From a candidate division WWE3 bacterium (lineage in GTDB: Bacteria; Patescibacteriota; 4484-211; GCA-002791395), in NCBI GenBank assembly GCA_013335095.1, contig JAAXWF010000002.1, forward strand, positions 205,566 through 269,565: DNA of 64,000 bases, read 5' to 3'. A program made the position numbers and the translations under genes. The notes under the pieces are model-generated. The model worked only from the letters and a program-made list of their open reading frames with translations, was not told where the DNA came from and did no database searches. This document shows positions 1 through 9,603 of this stretch, piece by piece. Numbering within the stretch: the first letter of the stretch is position 1; the number at the start of each line of letters is the position of its first letter.

Positions 1-304
1 GTGAATGGGATTTATCTCCGTCCATCAGCCTAAGAAAAGTCAGCAAACCGTTGAACTGCAAGCCCGTTAGGATAGGAAACCACTTCAACACGTAATCAAT
101 CAAAAGGTTCGAACTTTTACGCTATGGCCCACCATTTAGTTTAACGATTGGATATACCACAAGTAAAACCTTGTATGTATGGCCCTGGCTATCCCCTAAA
201 TAGATCGATAACAGAGTTATGATTTTCAATCCCTCTAATATTACTTTGACGAACAGATGAAAACGTGAAAGCAGATGATCTATTATCAGAGATCATTAAT
301 AGTC

Positions 305-994
305 TTACCTATACGCAGTTAATTCCGCCGTGGTGAGGATTTTTATATAATCTTGAAACATTGTCTCGTTTTTAGCATTTATATTCACAAACAAACTCGT
401 ATAGGGCGAAGAATCTGGCAATGAGAGTACCGTATCCGAACTATTGACCGTAGCCGCATGAATCTCACCAGTGGTTTTATCCTGACAGGAATAAAGTGAA
501 CGATCCCCATGCAAAAAAACCACATCAATAAATGATGACGTTCCATTATCACAATTGATCCCAACATCATAGGGCGCGGGACGCACAGTAATTCCATACT
601 TAGTACCATCCGATGTTCGCTCCGAACTAACAACAGCAACTTGTGGAACCTGCATCTGCACCTGCGAACAACTACTCAGATTCCGAACAATACCTTGCAA
701 CTGACTACACAGCACAGTTACATTACGACGCTCGATGGTATACATACCAGGAACAATAATCGTAAAACCATATTCATCCAAATCATATGATTTACTTTCT
801 ATCGCAGATGGAGAAGTCGAAACAGTCGGGGTGGGGGAAAGATCTACAGATGGAACCAAAGTAACGGTAGGTACCAGATCCGACTGATTTTGTCGGACCT
901 TGTTGGTATAAACCAGAACGCAGATAACACCAACGCTCACAATCAATAGGATCACAAAGACTTCAATAACGCCAAAACCCTTGGTAGATTTCAC
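305..994 (-). CDS. type IV pilin-like (prepilin N-terminus) exported protein
   Basis: N-terminus MKSTKGFGVIEVFVILLIVSVGVI fits the prepilin peptidase motif (G|F..E at +5 followed by a hydrophobic helix). Pro/Thr-rich linker follows. Hairpin terminator-like inverted repeat just downstream (approx 273-300). Confidence 0.55.
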   Translation of the reverse strand: MKSTKGFGVIEVFVILLIVSVGVICVLVYTNKVRQNQSDLVPTVTLVPSVDLSPTPTVSTSPSAIESKSYDLDEYGFTIIVPGMYTIERRNVTVLCSQLQGIVRNLSSCSQVQMQVPQVAVVSSERTSDGTKYGITVRPAPYDVGINCDNGTSSFIDVVFLHGDRSLYSCQDKTTGEIHAATVNSSDTVLSLPDSSPYTSLFVNINAKNETMFQDYIKILTTAELTAYR

Positions 995-1043
995 CTATTC
1001 ATCATAATACATTTTTAGGCGCAAGAAAAATCAAACCCAGTCA

Positions 1044-1532
1044 TTAATAACTTTCATTCATAATCTGGTCTATTCCGTTGATTAACTGATCTCCTGATTG
1101 AGATGAGGTAGTTGGAGTAGGGGAAACATCGGTATCAGGACCAAGCTCCAGTAAATAATCAGTACCGTATAATCCGGCAAAAATCCCTAAATCATACACA
1201 TCAACCCGACCGTTGCCTTCAATATCACACAGAGCCTGATAAATATCACTCGAATCCGTAATCATCGAATCATAGTAATAGGCAAATACACCAAGATCAT
1301 ACACATCAACCACGCCATTACCATCAATATCCGCCGGAAAAGAACCGCCTTCGTTTACTTGATTCGTTGTAGCTACTTGAGCGTTTGATTGATCTTTTGG
1401 AAAAAGAGATGCAAATTTACTCTTAAACGCAAACGGAGCAAGAGATCCGAGCACAACGATTAAAGCGATAAACAAACCACTAAAAACAACTCCAGTATTA
1501 TTCACTTTTGCTTTTTTATCTTTAGTATCCAT
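1044..1532 (-). CDS. membrane-anchored protein with two dockerin-type repeats
   Basis: N-terminal TM helix. Repeats DIDGNGVVDVYDLGVFAYYY and DIEGNGRVDVYDLGIFAGLYG match the dockerin type I Ca-binding repeat. Confidence 0.5.
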   Translation of the reverse strand: MDTKDKKAKVNNTGVVFSGLFIALIVVLGSLAPFAFKSKFASLFPKDQSNAQVATTNQVNEGGSFPADIDGNGVVDVYDLGVFAYYYDSMITDSSDIYQALCDIEGNGRVDVYDLGIFAGLYGTDYLLELGPDTDVSPTPTTSSQSGDQLINGIDQIMNESY

Positions 1533-1575
1533 GCATTAAATAAAAACCACTATTTTATGAAGTTATATAAGAAGA

Positions 1576-1869
1576 TTATAAACCGTTAGAAGAATCATTC
1601 AAAGAATCGCTGTTAAGATCAGTCGAATCATCCATGACCTGATTAATTTGATCAATCTCACTGTTAACGCTATCTGAAGAATCAATTACGGTAGGGCTAG
1701 CCGAAATAACTGGAGTAGGAGTCGTAGCCGTATCAGTTGAATTACTTGATTTGCTTTGGGTCATGTATACGTACACACCACCAACAATAACACCAATGAT
1801 AAACAACACAACAACAACTTCAACAATTGAAAAACCTTTGTTTGACGACTTACTCAACATGTAATTCAT
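1576..1869 (-). CDS. small type IV pilin-like protein
   Basis: N-terminus NKGFSIVEVVVVLFIIGVIVGG is a prepilin-type methylation motif. Followed by a Thr/Ser-rich tail. Confidence 0.5.
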   Translation of the reverse strand: MNYMLSKSSNKGFSIVEVVVVLFIIGVIVGGVYVYMTQSKSSNSTDTATTPTPVISASPTVIDSSDSVNSEIDQINQVMDDSTDLNSDSLNDSSNGL

Positions 1870-1937
1870 GATAATAAATTGACATTCGCATCGTCAACCA
1901 CTAGTTTAGATTATTACGTTAAGTATCTTCCCATACA

Positions 1938-1962
1938 AAAGAGACCGATAAACGGTCTCTTT
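1938..1962 (-). terminator. perfect 10-bp stem hairpin (AAAGAGACCG-ATAAA-CGGTCTCTTT), bidirectional terminator candidate
   Basis: Perfect inverted repeat seen directly, between the stop of 1985..2776 and the start of 1576..1869. Followed on the minus strand by TTTGTATGG. Confidence 0.5.
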
Positions 1963-1984
1963 AATGTCTAGGAACACTTCTTAC

Positions 1985-2776
1985 TTACAGTGTTGTCGTA
2001 GGAGTAATAGTAGCCTCAAGTTGAGTGCGCAAATCTGCCAATAACGGAGAAATCGAATCGTGGTAATACGTTCGAATTTCATTCAGATCATTACGGATAA
2101 CTAATAACTGAGCGCGTGCGCTTTCAAGTTTCGCATCGAACGAACCATCGGTTGCGTTACAATCAGCATTTTTTGCATCCTGTAACAACGTCACTAATTG
2201 ATCTACATCAGTGGTTAACTTATCAACACGTTGCTGAAGAGCAGGCAATGCCGCTTCAAGCTCGGTTGTATCAACGCCTTTTGACTGGGCGAGCGTGATT
2301 AAATTATGTAATCGTGAGATAACGTCACTCCGCTTATCTTTTGCTTGTTGATACTGCTCAATTCGCTTGTCTAAAGCCGATGTAACCCTCTCACATACCC
2401 GAGCGGCGATAGTCGCACGTGGTACCCGTGTAGGAATCAACGACGGATTAATCGTTGGGAACCGACTAATATTAAGAGTCGGAAATCGGGTAGGGAACGT
2501 AGACGGATCCCGTGTCGGACGAGGTGATGGCTTTCGAGATGGATCTATCGTTGGCATGCGTGATAATAATCGATCTGGAATAGTTATTCGTGGTGTGACT
2601 GAAAGGAAACGTTTTGGCGTTGTCGTACGAGTCACTGTTGGCGTTACTTCGTTTTCAGTTGTAGGGATAGACGATTCAAGCGGTTGGGTTGCTGTAGTGA
2701 CAACCGGTCGAGCCGCATACATAACAAACAATGCAACAAAAGCAGTAATAGTTAATGCTGTACGTTTCATAGTCAA
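1985..2776 (-). CDS. secreted Pro/Thr/Arg-rich protein with C-terminal coiled-coil region (hypothetical)
   Basis: Signal-peptide-like N-terminus MKRTALTITAFVALFVMYAA. Long P/T/R-rich low-complexity stretch, then an alpha-helical heptad-like C-terminus. Confidence 0.4.
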   Translation of the reverse strand: MTMKRTALTITAFVALFVMYAARPVVTTATQPLESSIPTTENEVTPTVTRTTTPKRFLSVTPRITIPDRLLSRMPTIDPSRKPSPRPTRDPSTFPTRFPTLNISRFPTINPSLIPTRVPRATIAARVCERVTSALDKRIEQYQQAKDKRSDVISRLHNLITLAQSKGVDTTELEAALPALQQRVDKLTTDVDQLVTLLQDAKNADCNATDGSFDAKLESARAQLLVIRNDLNEIRTYYHDSISPLLADLRTQLEATITPTTTL

Positions 2777-2867
2777 TCACCTCCTTTGAATTTACTCTAA
2801 CCCTCGGTACATAAAAAAGCAATCTTGTAGTTTATCACACGAGATATACCAGATATACTAACAAGAT

Positions 2868-3857
2868 ATGGAAAAACAATCAAAGATAGTCAGCTTAATC
2901 AATTTTATTCGTAAACCGATCTATCCTAATGAAATCAGTACCGATTCTTTTGCCCATAAATTCTGGACCGTCATTCAGTTTTTGTCATTGCACTATGCGA
3001 TATCGATACCTTTTGGAATTCTAATTGTTGTAATACTAACAGCGGTAAATTATCCGGTTGAAAATCATTCCGTAGTTAATTTTTTTTCCAATGAACCATG
3101 GTACTTTACTCTCTTAGTCGGCAGCATATTAGCTCCGATAATTGAAGAGTTGACGTTTAGACTTCCGCTTCGGTATTCCGCGCTCAATGTGAGTGTGTTT
3201 ATAGGGTTTGTTAGCTTACTTATCTTCCAGCTTATGGACGAGCTAAACCTACCGTTCATGGACCTTATACCAGAGCAAATTCGATCAGTTGGCATATTAT
3301 CGGGAGGACCAATATTCACTGCAAGTTTTAGTGTAGGTATTCTAATTTTATTTTTGATCGTGCGCCAATTCATAAAAAAAGACGCCGCCCTCGGTTGGTA
3401 TAGTCGCCATGTTGGTGTGTTGTTTTACCTGTCTGCACTATCGTTTGGATTTGTGCATCTTGAAAATTACACCGGGCTTGGTACGTTGATTTTTCTGGCT
3501 CCGATATTAGTCGCACCACAAATCATCGGGGGTTTGATGTGGGGGTATCTCAGAATACGCTATGGCTTTGGATGGTCGATTTTAATCCATTCATTGTATA
3601 ACTTCATTGGTATTGTTCCGTTTACCATCCTTTCATTTGCATCCGAGCGATTAACCGACTTTTTAAACAAACCAACAGCACTGACTCTCATGAACCTGAC
3701 CGAATATGACAAAGCCATCCTAATGATTGCCGCAGCCGTCACCTCGGCAATTGCGCTGATATTATTAGTTGCCCTTATCAGCATCGTTTTAGATTGGTAC
3801 GCTCATCGCCCCGTGCGTCAACCAATCATCCGCGAAGACAAGAGTGCGATACAATAA
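2868..3857 (+). CDS. CPBP family (CAAX protease / Abi-like) intramembrane metalloprotease
   Basis: Polytopic membrane protein with the three CPBP motifs in order: EELTFR (EExxxR), FGFVHL (FxxxH), HSLYNF (HxxxN). Confidence 0.7.
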   Translation: MEKQSKIVSLINFIRKPIYPNEISTDSFAHKFWTVIQFLSLHYAISIPFGILIVVILTAVNYPVENHSVVNFFSNEPWYFTLLVGSILAPIIEELTFRLPLRYSALNVSVFIGFVSLLIFQLMDELNLPFMDLIPEQIRSVGILSGGPIFTASFSVGILILFLIVRQFIKKDAALGWYSRHVGVLFYLSALSFGFVHLENYTGLGTLIFLAPILVAPQIIGGLMWGYLRIRYGFGWSILIHSLYNFIGIVPFTILSFASERLTDFLNKPTALTLMNLTEYDKAILMIAAAVTSAIALILLVALISIVLDWYAHRPVRQPIIREDKSAIQ

Positions 3858-4134
3858 CCGTATGGAACAAGAACTCCCTCCGATTATCCGATGCCAAAGT
3901 TGCGGTATGCCGCTTGACGAAGGCCTCTATGGAACAAACGCCGACACAACATTATCTAAAGAATTCTGTGTGTATTGTTTTGAATTAGGCGAATATAAAG
4001 AACCAAAGATAACCATAATCGATATGGTGAATCGGTCGGTACAAGAGATGACAAATACCTATGAATTTCCTGAACAAGTTGCACGTGAATTAGCACTCGC
4101 AGTTATTCCGTATCTAAAACGTTGGAAAACCTAA
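3844..4134 (+). CDS. zinc-ribbon domain protein
   Basis: CQSCGMPL...CVYCFELGEY forms a CxxC...CxxC pair resembling the Zn_ribbon_2 type. Overlaps the end of the upstream gene by 14 nt. Confidence 0.45.
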   Translation: MRYNNRMEQELPPIIRCQSCGMPLDEGLYGTNADTTLSKEFCVYCFELGEYKEPKITIIDMVNRSVQEMTNTYEFPEQVARELALAVIPYLKRWKT

Positions 4135-4162
4135 CCCATTAATTATTTTATAAAAATTGGAA

Positions 4163-7100
4163 TTAATCAGCCTTTTTAGGAGATTCAGCTGACTTGGAAT
4201 GAAGTTTATCACTAACACTTCGGAACGCGACATAAAGTATCGGAGAAATGATGAGTGACACAAACCCAGAGGTAAACAATCCACTCACAATAACTAACGA
4301 TAATGATCGATACAGCTCGGAGAACAAAATCAACGGAAGTGTTGAAACAAGAGTCGTTATCTTGGTCAAGATTATCGGACGAAACCGAACTCCAGAGGCA
4401 TACGCAATCGCATCTTTATAATTCCATCCCTGGCGAACTTTTTGATTAGCACCATCAATAAGGAAGATCGCCACGTTTTCAACAATTCCGACCAAAATAA
4501 TCACACCAATAATCTCAAGGAAGCCAAGCTGCCCACCCGCCAAATATGCGAGTGCCGGGAAGATGCCGATAAAGGTAAGTGGAATGGCAAATAGAATCAC
4601 CAACGGCAAACTAAATGAATTAAAGAATACGACGAGAATCCCATACGTAAGGACTATCGCCAAAAGAAGGGCCAACCCAAGTTCTTTAAACGACTTACCC
4701 ATAGATGCGGTATCGCCTTCGGAATATACCTCAACCACTGTTTCATCATCATAATATTCTTTGTAATCATCATTAAATGATTTGATTACCAACGATTGAA
4801 TCGTTCCGACATTTGCCTGGTCAGTAAAATCGGTCTTAGGTTTAGCATTAACCACTCCAATAACTTCACCATTTACTCGCCGTATTGATGGGGGAGATTC
4901 TACCGTCGAAATAGAAGCGACATCAGAAAGTGGCACCGACGTACCGCGCACGCTGGTTAACGTAACGTTTTTCAGATCATCAATACTCGCAGGAGCCTCT
5001 TTATCTGATTCAAGTTTAATGTCTAATTCCGTTTCACCAGTTTTAAGCACAGCAACTCGTTTACCACCATTAACAGAATACAGATTAGAAATAATTTGTT
5101 GAACAGCAAATGGCTGGATACCGTTACTTACTAATTTCTCTCGATCCAATAAGACTTGAACAAAGGTAGTGGCACTATCATCGTAGCCGTTATCAACGCG
5201 TTCTATAACTTTATTTGAAGCCGAACATTGTTGGTCTATCGTTATGGCATTATCGCCATCTTTACACACGCTATTTAAAATTTTGGTGACGTCTTCAGCG
5301 ATTTGGCGTTGGACATCCAGATCAGGGTTTTTAATCCCCAGCGCAATCGGATAAGCCGAATTTTGAGGACCAGGTCCTAGAACATTAACTGTAATATCGC
5401 TGAATCGAGATCCAACATCTTTTAGCTTTGTCCGTAAACGCTCCGCAACGTCGGTAGCTGTGGTATCAACCCGATCGTTACGATCAACTAATTTGACCAT
5501 GTATCCACCAGCTCCCCGAGTGGAAAAAGGCGAAACATCTTTAACTGCCGAATCTTTCATAATCTGTGAGACCAATGCCTTTTCGTCAGATACAATTTGA
5601 TCTTTGGTTAGCTGAGGACGAAGCGTCGCCGAGATTAATAACGAGTCGCCGTCTTCAGGTTGAGCGAATTGAACCGATTTAACTTGACCTGTTCCCATGT
5701 AAAAGCCGGCCGTACCGACAGATAAAACCAATGCCAAAACGACAATAACAACCCGAATCCATGCCGGTGCATATAAGATCTTTTTGTTAAGCCAGGCCAT
5801 GCCACGGGCAATACTCCACAGATTCTTTTCTTCATCATCTGATGACGATTCACCCCGGCGCAAAAAAATGCCGCCAAACCAAGCCAAAAATACAATCGGA
5901 ACAACATAAGAACCAATGATCGCTGGAATTACGGTGAGTGGAATGTATGAAATAATTTGTCCGAAGACACCCGACACCACTCCAAATGGGAAGAATACAA
6001 TCAGCGAGGTCACGACGGCAAGGACAAGCCCCCAGCCGATTTCATCGACGGCAGCAATCACCGCATCTTTGCCGCTTAATCCACTATCAATCTTGCGCTG
6101 GATAGCCTCGAGCACTACTAATGCCGGATCAACAACCAGCCCAATAACTAAGACCAATGAAAAAAGAACTAATGTATTTAAGTCATTGCCAGTTGCGGCA
6201 ACCCAAATTGTCGAAAAAGAAAATGATAATGGAACTGCAAAAGCCGAAATCAACGCCGCTCGCCAGCTCACGAGTGCGAGCATGGCAAGGAACACGAGTT
6301 GAATACCTCCAAAGATATATCCGATCCAACCCAATGGAATATCCCACTTGCCACCAATCATACCCGAGATAACTTCTTCGACCTGCTTTTGATTATCCTC
6401 AGCCACGTTATATGTTTTGACTAACTCATATTGGCGGAAAATAAGTTGATTCTGCGATGTCAGCGTTTTAAATGACGTCGATGCCGCATCGAAATACTTT
6501 TCAATTATCGACTTCAGGCGTAGATCGTATTCAGACAACGGAACATCATCGGCGATATCAATACTAAAAGAGATACCCTCGCTCACTACATCTGCTCCGC
6601 GATTTTGGAAACCGATCACACTCGGAGACTCTTCGGTATCGTACGTTTCTTTTATATCGGCGATGTCACGAAGCCTTACTATTGAAGGAGCGGTCGGTCC
6701 GTTTGCGGCCCCGACCAATTGAATAGCTCCAAAATCATCCAGCGATTTACCAGAAATCGACAAATTAATGTTGTATGTCTTGTCATCCAGATTGGCGTCT
6801 TGCACAACCGGAAGAGTTAAACCCCACGATTTGAGTTGTTCAATAATGCTTTGAGTAGTTAATCCTGCTTTAACAACATCACTATTTCGTAATGTTACTG
6901 AAATTTCTTTTTTAATCTCATTATTCAAGGTTATGCTGGCAACCGCTGAATCTTTTTCGACTTCTTTACGAAACATCTCGAATACCTGATACATTTCGGC
7001 AGGTCGATACTCAACATCTTTTGGTACTAAGGAAAAATAATATTCATCGCCACTTACTTTTGGCGTATATACAGTAGTTTTATCAACTCCATCAGGTAAC

Positions 7101-7486
7101 GTAACCGAACCAATCGCCGAGTCGATCTCACTTTTTACGCTTTGTAAATTAGCGCCAGTATTTAGATTAACGACAATGCTCGATACGTTATCAAGAGAGT
7201 TTGAATTTACACTTTTAACACCATCGACTTGAGTAATTTCGCTTTCGAGCGGTCTGGTAACTTGTTCCATCACCGTCGATGATGAGGCACCAGGATAAAG
7301 GGTATTTACCACAATAATGTCGATTGTTGGTGAAGGGAACCCGGTGGTTCGAAGCATAAATATCGAACCGATACCAAACACTACCAGGATGACTAGTAAT
7401 AATAAAGTGATGCGGGCACGATTTAAGAAAAATCGCGTAATACGCGCATTAAGCGAGATTGGTGGGGCAGTGTAATTTTTTACCAT
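4163..7486 (-). CDS. RND superfamily efflux transporter permease (AcrB-like, 12 TM, two large loops)
   Basis: 1107 aa. TM-loop-TM6 organisation repeated twice. AcrB-like TM4 and TM10 motifs VIGLVVDPALVVLEAI and GIVENVAIFLID. No membrane fusion protein or outer-membrane factor adjacent. Confidence 0.8.
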   Translation of the reverse strand: MVKNYTAPPISLNARITRFFLNRARITLLLLVILVVFGIGSIFMLRTTGFPSPTIDIIVVNTLYPGASSSTVMEQVTRPLESEITQVDGVKSVNSNSLDNVSSIVVNLNTGANLQSVKSEIDSAIGSVTLPDGVDKTTVYTPKVSGDEYYFSLVPKDVEYRPAEMYQVFEMFRKEVEKDSAVASITLNNEIKKEISVTLRNSDVVKAGLTTQSIIEQLKSWGLTLPVVQDANLDDKTYNINLSISGKSLDDFGAIQLVGAANGPTAPSIVRLRDIADIKETYDTEESPSVIGFQNRGADVVSEGISFSIDIADDVPLSEYDLRLKSIIEKYFDAASTSFKTLTSQNQLIFRQYELVKTYNVAEDNQKQVEEVISGMIGGKWDIPLGWIGYIFGGIQLVFLAMLALVSWRAALISAFAVPLSFSFSTIWVAATGNDLNTLVLFSLVLVIGLVVDPALVVLEAIQRKIDSGLSGKDAVIAAVDEIGWGLVLAVVTSLIVFFPFGVVSGVFGQIISYIPLTVIPAIIGSYVVPIVFLAWFGGIFLRRGESSSDDEEKNLWSIARGMAWLNKKILYAPAWIRVVIVVLALVLSVGTAGFYMGTGQVKSVQFAQPEDGDSLLISATLRPQLTKDQIVSDEKALVSQIMKDSAVKDVSPFSTRGAGGYMVKLVDRNDRVDTTATDVAERLRTKLKDVGSRFSDITVNVLGPGPQNSAYPIALGIKNPDLDVQRQIAEDVTKILNSVCKDGDNAITIDQQCSASNKVIERVDNGYDDSATTFVQVLLDREKLVSNGIQPFAVQQIISNLYSVNGGKRVAVLKTGETELDIKLESDKEAPASIDDLKNVTLTSVRGTSVPLSDVASISTVESPPSIRRVNGEVIGVVNAKPKTDFTDQANVGTIQSLVIKSFNDDYKEYYDDETVVEVYSEGDTASMGKSFKELGLALLLAIVLTYGILVVFFNSFSLPLVILFAIPLTFIGIFPALAYLAGGQLGFLEIIGVIILVGIVENVAIFLIDGANQKVRQGWNYKDAIAYASGVRFRPIILTKITTLVSTLPLILFSELYRSLSLVIVSGLFTSGFVSLIISPILYVAFRSVSDKLHSKSAESPKKAD

Positions 7487-7551
7487 GCAAAGTGGACACT
7501 ATAACTATTGTCCGAACCTGGTAAAAAGTCAAGTTGGTTTGCTATGAAGGT

Positions 7552-8073
7552 TTATTTAACGGTAATTGTCAGTACAGATTCATCGCTGCCATGGGCTGAT
7601 TCATCAAGGTGATTATGGACCTCCCATGTACCTGGAACCGAAAACGTAAATACGAAATGACCATTAGCAGCTAATTCACCCGAGTCCATATATCCGTCAT
7701 GATCATCGTGTGAACCAGTGGCTAAAAGAATTGGATCAGTACTGTTATTAACAAAATCAACGATATCTCCAACATGTAATGAAAGTATTGGGGATAAGAA
7801 ACCTTGTTGTTGCCAGGAAACGACGGTGGGCTGTTTTACGCTTTGGTCATCTGCACTAGGACTCGTATTTATACGTTCTAAATATCCAGTTGCCTGAGGT
7901 GCTCGAGAAGGTGATGGCGTTGGTGACGTTCGCGTATTCGTTGAACGGGGTGCGGGGCTATTCACATATTCGTTAGAAAGAACGTACAACGCGCAACCAA
8001 TTGTTACCAAAGCGGCAACAATAATAATGATCAAAATATAAGGTGATGACGCATTTGACGACTTATCATCCAT
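7552..8073 (-). CDS. membrane-anchored exported protein with His/Asp-rich cupredoxin-like beta domain (hypothetical)
   Basis: N-terminal TM, P/S/T linker, C-terminal approx 90 aa with HVGDIVDFVNN...SHDDHDGYMDSG...EVHNHLDESAHG. Lies immediately upstream of, and co-directional with, the RND pump. Confidence 0.35.
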   Translation of the reverse strand: MDDKSSNASSPYILIIIIVAALVTIGCALYVLSNEYVNSPAPRSTNTRTSPTPSPSRAPQATGYLERINTSPSADDQSVKQPTVVSWQQQGFLSPILSLHVGDIVDFVNNSTDPILLATGSHDDHDGYMDSGELAANGHFVFTFSVPGTWEVHNHLDESAHGSDESVLTITVK

Positions 8074-8163
8074 ATGCAGTTTAAGTATACACCGAAAAAA
8101 ACGTCAGTGGAAAGTTATCAAACAATGATACAAAATGAGGTACAATAAACACAACATAAGGAG

Positions 8164-8430
8164 GTGATTAATAGTATGAATGAATCACAAAAACAAGAAG
8201 AATCATTTCGAGTGAACGGCAGCCAACTCCTCGCAAAGTTTGAGGAGCTCATCAAAGAAGGTAACGTTCGCAAAATATCGATTACCGATAAAGACGGCAA
8301 AACCCTTGCGGTTTTCCCACTCACCGTTGGTGTAGTTGGAATGATGCTTGCCCCAGTACTTGCAGCTGTAGGTGCCATTGCCGCACTCGTAACAGACTGT
8401 ACGATTACCGTCGAACGCCAGCAAGATTAA
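8164..8430 (+). CDS. DUF4342 domain protein
   Basis: Strong match to the DUF4342 consensus from memory (F.V.G..LL.K..EL.KEGNVR.I.I.D..G..L...PL..GVVG..LAP.LAA.GAIAAL...C.I.VE). RBS AAGGAGG upstream. Confidence 0.7.
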   Translation: MINSMNESQKQEESFRVNGSQLLAKFEELIKEGNVRKISITDKDGKTLAVFPLTVGVVGMMLAPVLAAVGAIAALVTDCTITVERQQD

Positions 8431-8485
8431 AAGACATTCCATGGTAAGATAGGATTAATAAATCTGCCCAAATGACCTATTACGT

Positions 8486-9109
8486 ATGGGCAGATATAAA
8501 ATAATTCAATCACAATCATTATTCTCGTGGAAACATATTTTGATCGGAGGCGTTCTAGCCGGGGTATCGCTATTAATTGTCCATTCTTTTGTTCCAAATA
8601 GAATTGCCTCATCGCTTGCATTTAATGAATTAAAAACATTTGATACAACGGCTATCGATCCGCACCAACCCGCACTAAATATCACGCCATCGGTGCCAAC
8701 ACTAACAGAGCTTCCAGTCCGAAAAAATTTTCATCTTAAGCCAAGCAGAACTCCAACAGCGACACCCACCATACTTACTCCGAATACGCCTACACCAACA
8801 ACAACACAACCACTTCCGACAGCCACCCAGACACTAACCATAGCCGTACCAACCGAAATACCGCAAACGCCGACTCCAATCATTACGAAAGAGTTTGATC
8901 CATTACCTACAGTAATACCAATTACGCTGATTCCACTTCCAACAATAATTGGAATTCCATGCGGATGCCCTTGTCCACCATGTATTGATCCCGTTTCCGC
9001 TGAATCACTCAAAACTTCTATCTGTGTCTGTCCCCAGTATCAAACAGACTCAATTGGATCAACAATTCGCTGCCTTGATCAAACAGTGGTTTATCCATGC
9101 GCGCTGTAA
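8486..9109 (+). CDS. membrane-anchored Pro/Thr-rich protein with Cys-rich C-terminal module (hypothetical)
   Basis: TM helix near N-terminus, long PT-repeat linker, C-terminus GIPCGCPCPPC...CVCPQYQ...CLDQ...YPC. Confidence 0.4.
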   Translation: MGRYKIIQSQSLFSWKHILIGGVLAGVSLLIVHSFVPNRIASSLAFNELKTFDTTAIDPHQPALNITPSVPTLTELPVRKNFHLKPSRTPTATPTILTPNTPTPTTTQPLPTATQTLTIAVPTEIPQTPTPIITKEFDPLPTVIPITLIPLPTIIGIPCGCPCPPCIDPVSAESLKTSICVCPQYQTDSIGSTIRCLDQTVVYPCAL

Positions 9110-9147
9110 TCATATTCGGCTATTTATTTTGGTACACTTAACTAACC

Positions 9148-9507
9148 ATGAGTATTAAACAGACCGTAACCATCGTACTAATTATGACACTTGTAGCTTT
9201 TGTCGGAATTTATGTCGCATATTATGCACAGCCAGGTTTAACCGAAGCCGACGCAATCGCCAAAGTTCAGCAAACAGATCCGCAGCTACAAGAGTATCCG
9301 TCCGATAGCCTTCCGCCCAAAAGCATTAGGACAAAGTCCAATGGCTCTGGCTGGTTAATTCAATTTGTCCAAGAGGGGAGCGGAGTACCGATAATTTCGG
9401 CACAATGTTTTTCGGTTGATAAAAGAGGGATCGTAACGAAACGAGGATCATACGACCGAGTAAAAGATGGTGAGAAAATGGATCTATCATTTAGTGATTG
9501 CCAATAA
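9148..9507 (+). CDS. small TM-anchored PepSY-like protein (hypothetical)
   Basis: N-terminal TM helix followed by approx 80 aa resembling a PepSY fold (GLTEADAIAKV...GWLIQFVQEGSG...VDKRGIV). Weak. Confidence 0.3.
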   Translation: MSIKQTVTIVLIMTLVAFVGIYVAYYAQPGLTEADAIAKVQQTDPQLQEYPSDSLPPKSIRTKSNGSGWLIQFVQEGSGVPIISAQCFSVDKRGIVTKRGSYDRVKDGEKMDLSFSDCQ

Positions 9508-9603
9508 TCGCTTCTAAAAGAGTCTCATTATTTCAACATGCAGGTATTTGCTACAATCGATGCGGGAAAAAAGTATAAGACGGCAGTACCAGGAGGATGA
9601 GCC

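Noticed and set aside
2367-2789. 140-aa + strand ORF
   Set aside because: Antisense to the 1985..2776 gene. R/G/V-rich low-complexity translation typical of a reverse-strand artefact.
5916-6302. 128-aa + strand ORF
   Set aside because: Lies inside and antisense to the RND transporter gene.
8700-8900. Short tandem nucleotide repeats (ccaacaccaac...) examined as possible CRISPR or VNTR
   Set aside because: They are in-frame Pro/Thr linker coding repeats within ORFs. There are no spacer-repeat periodicity and no cas genes.
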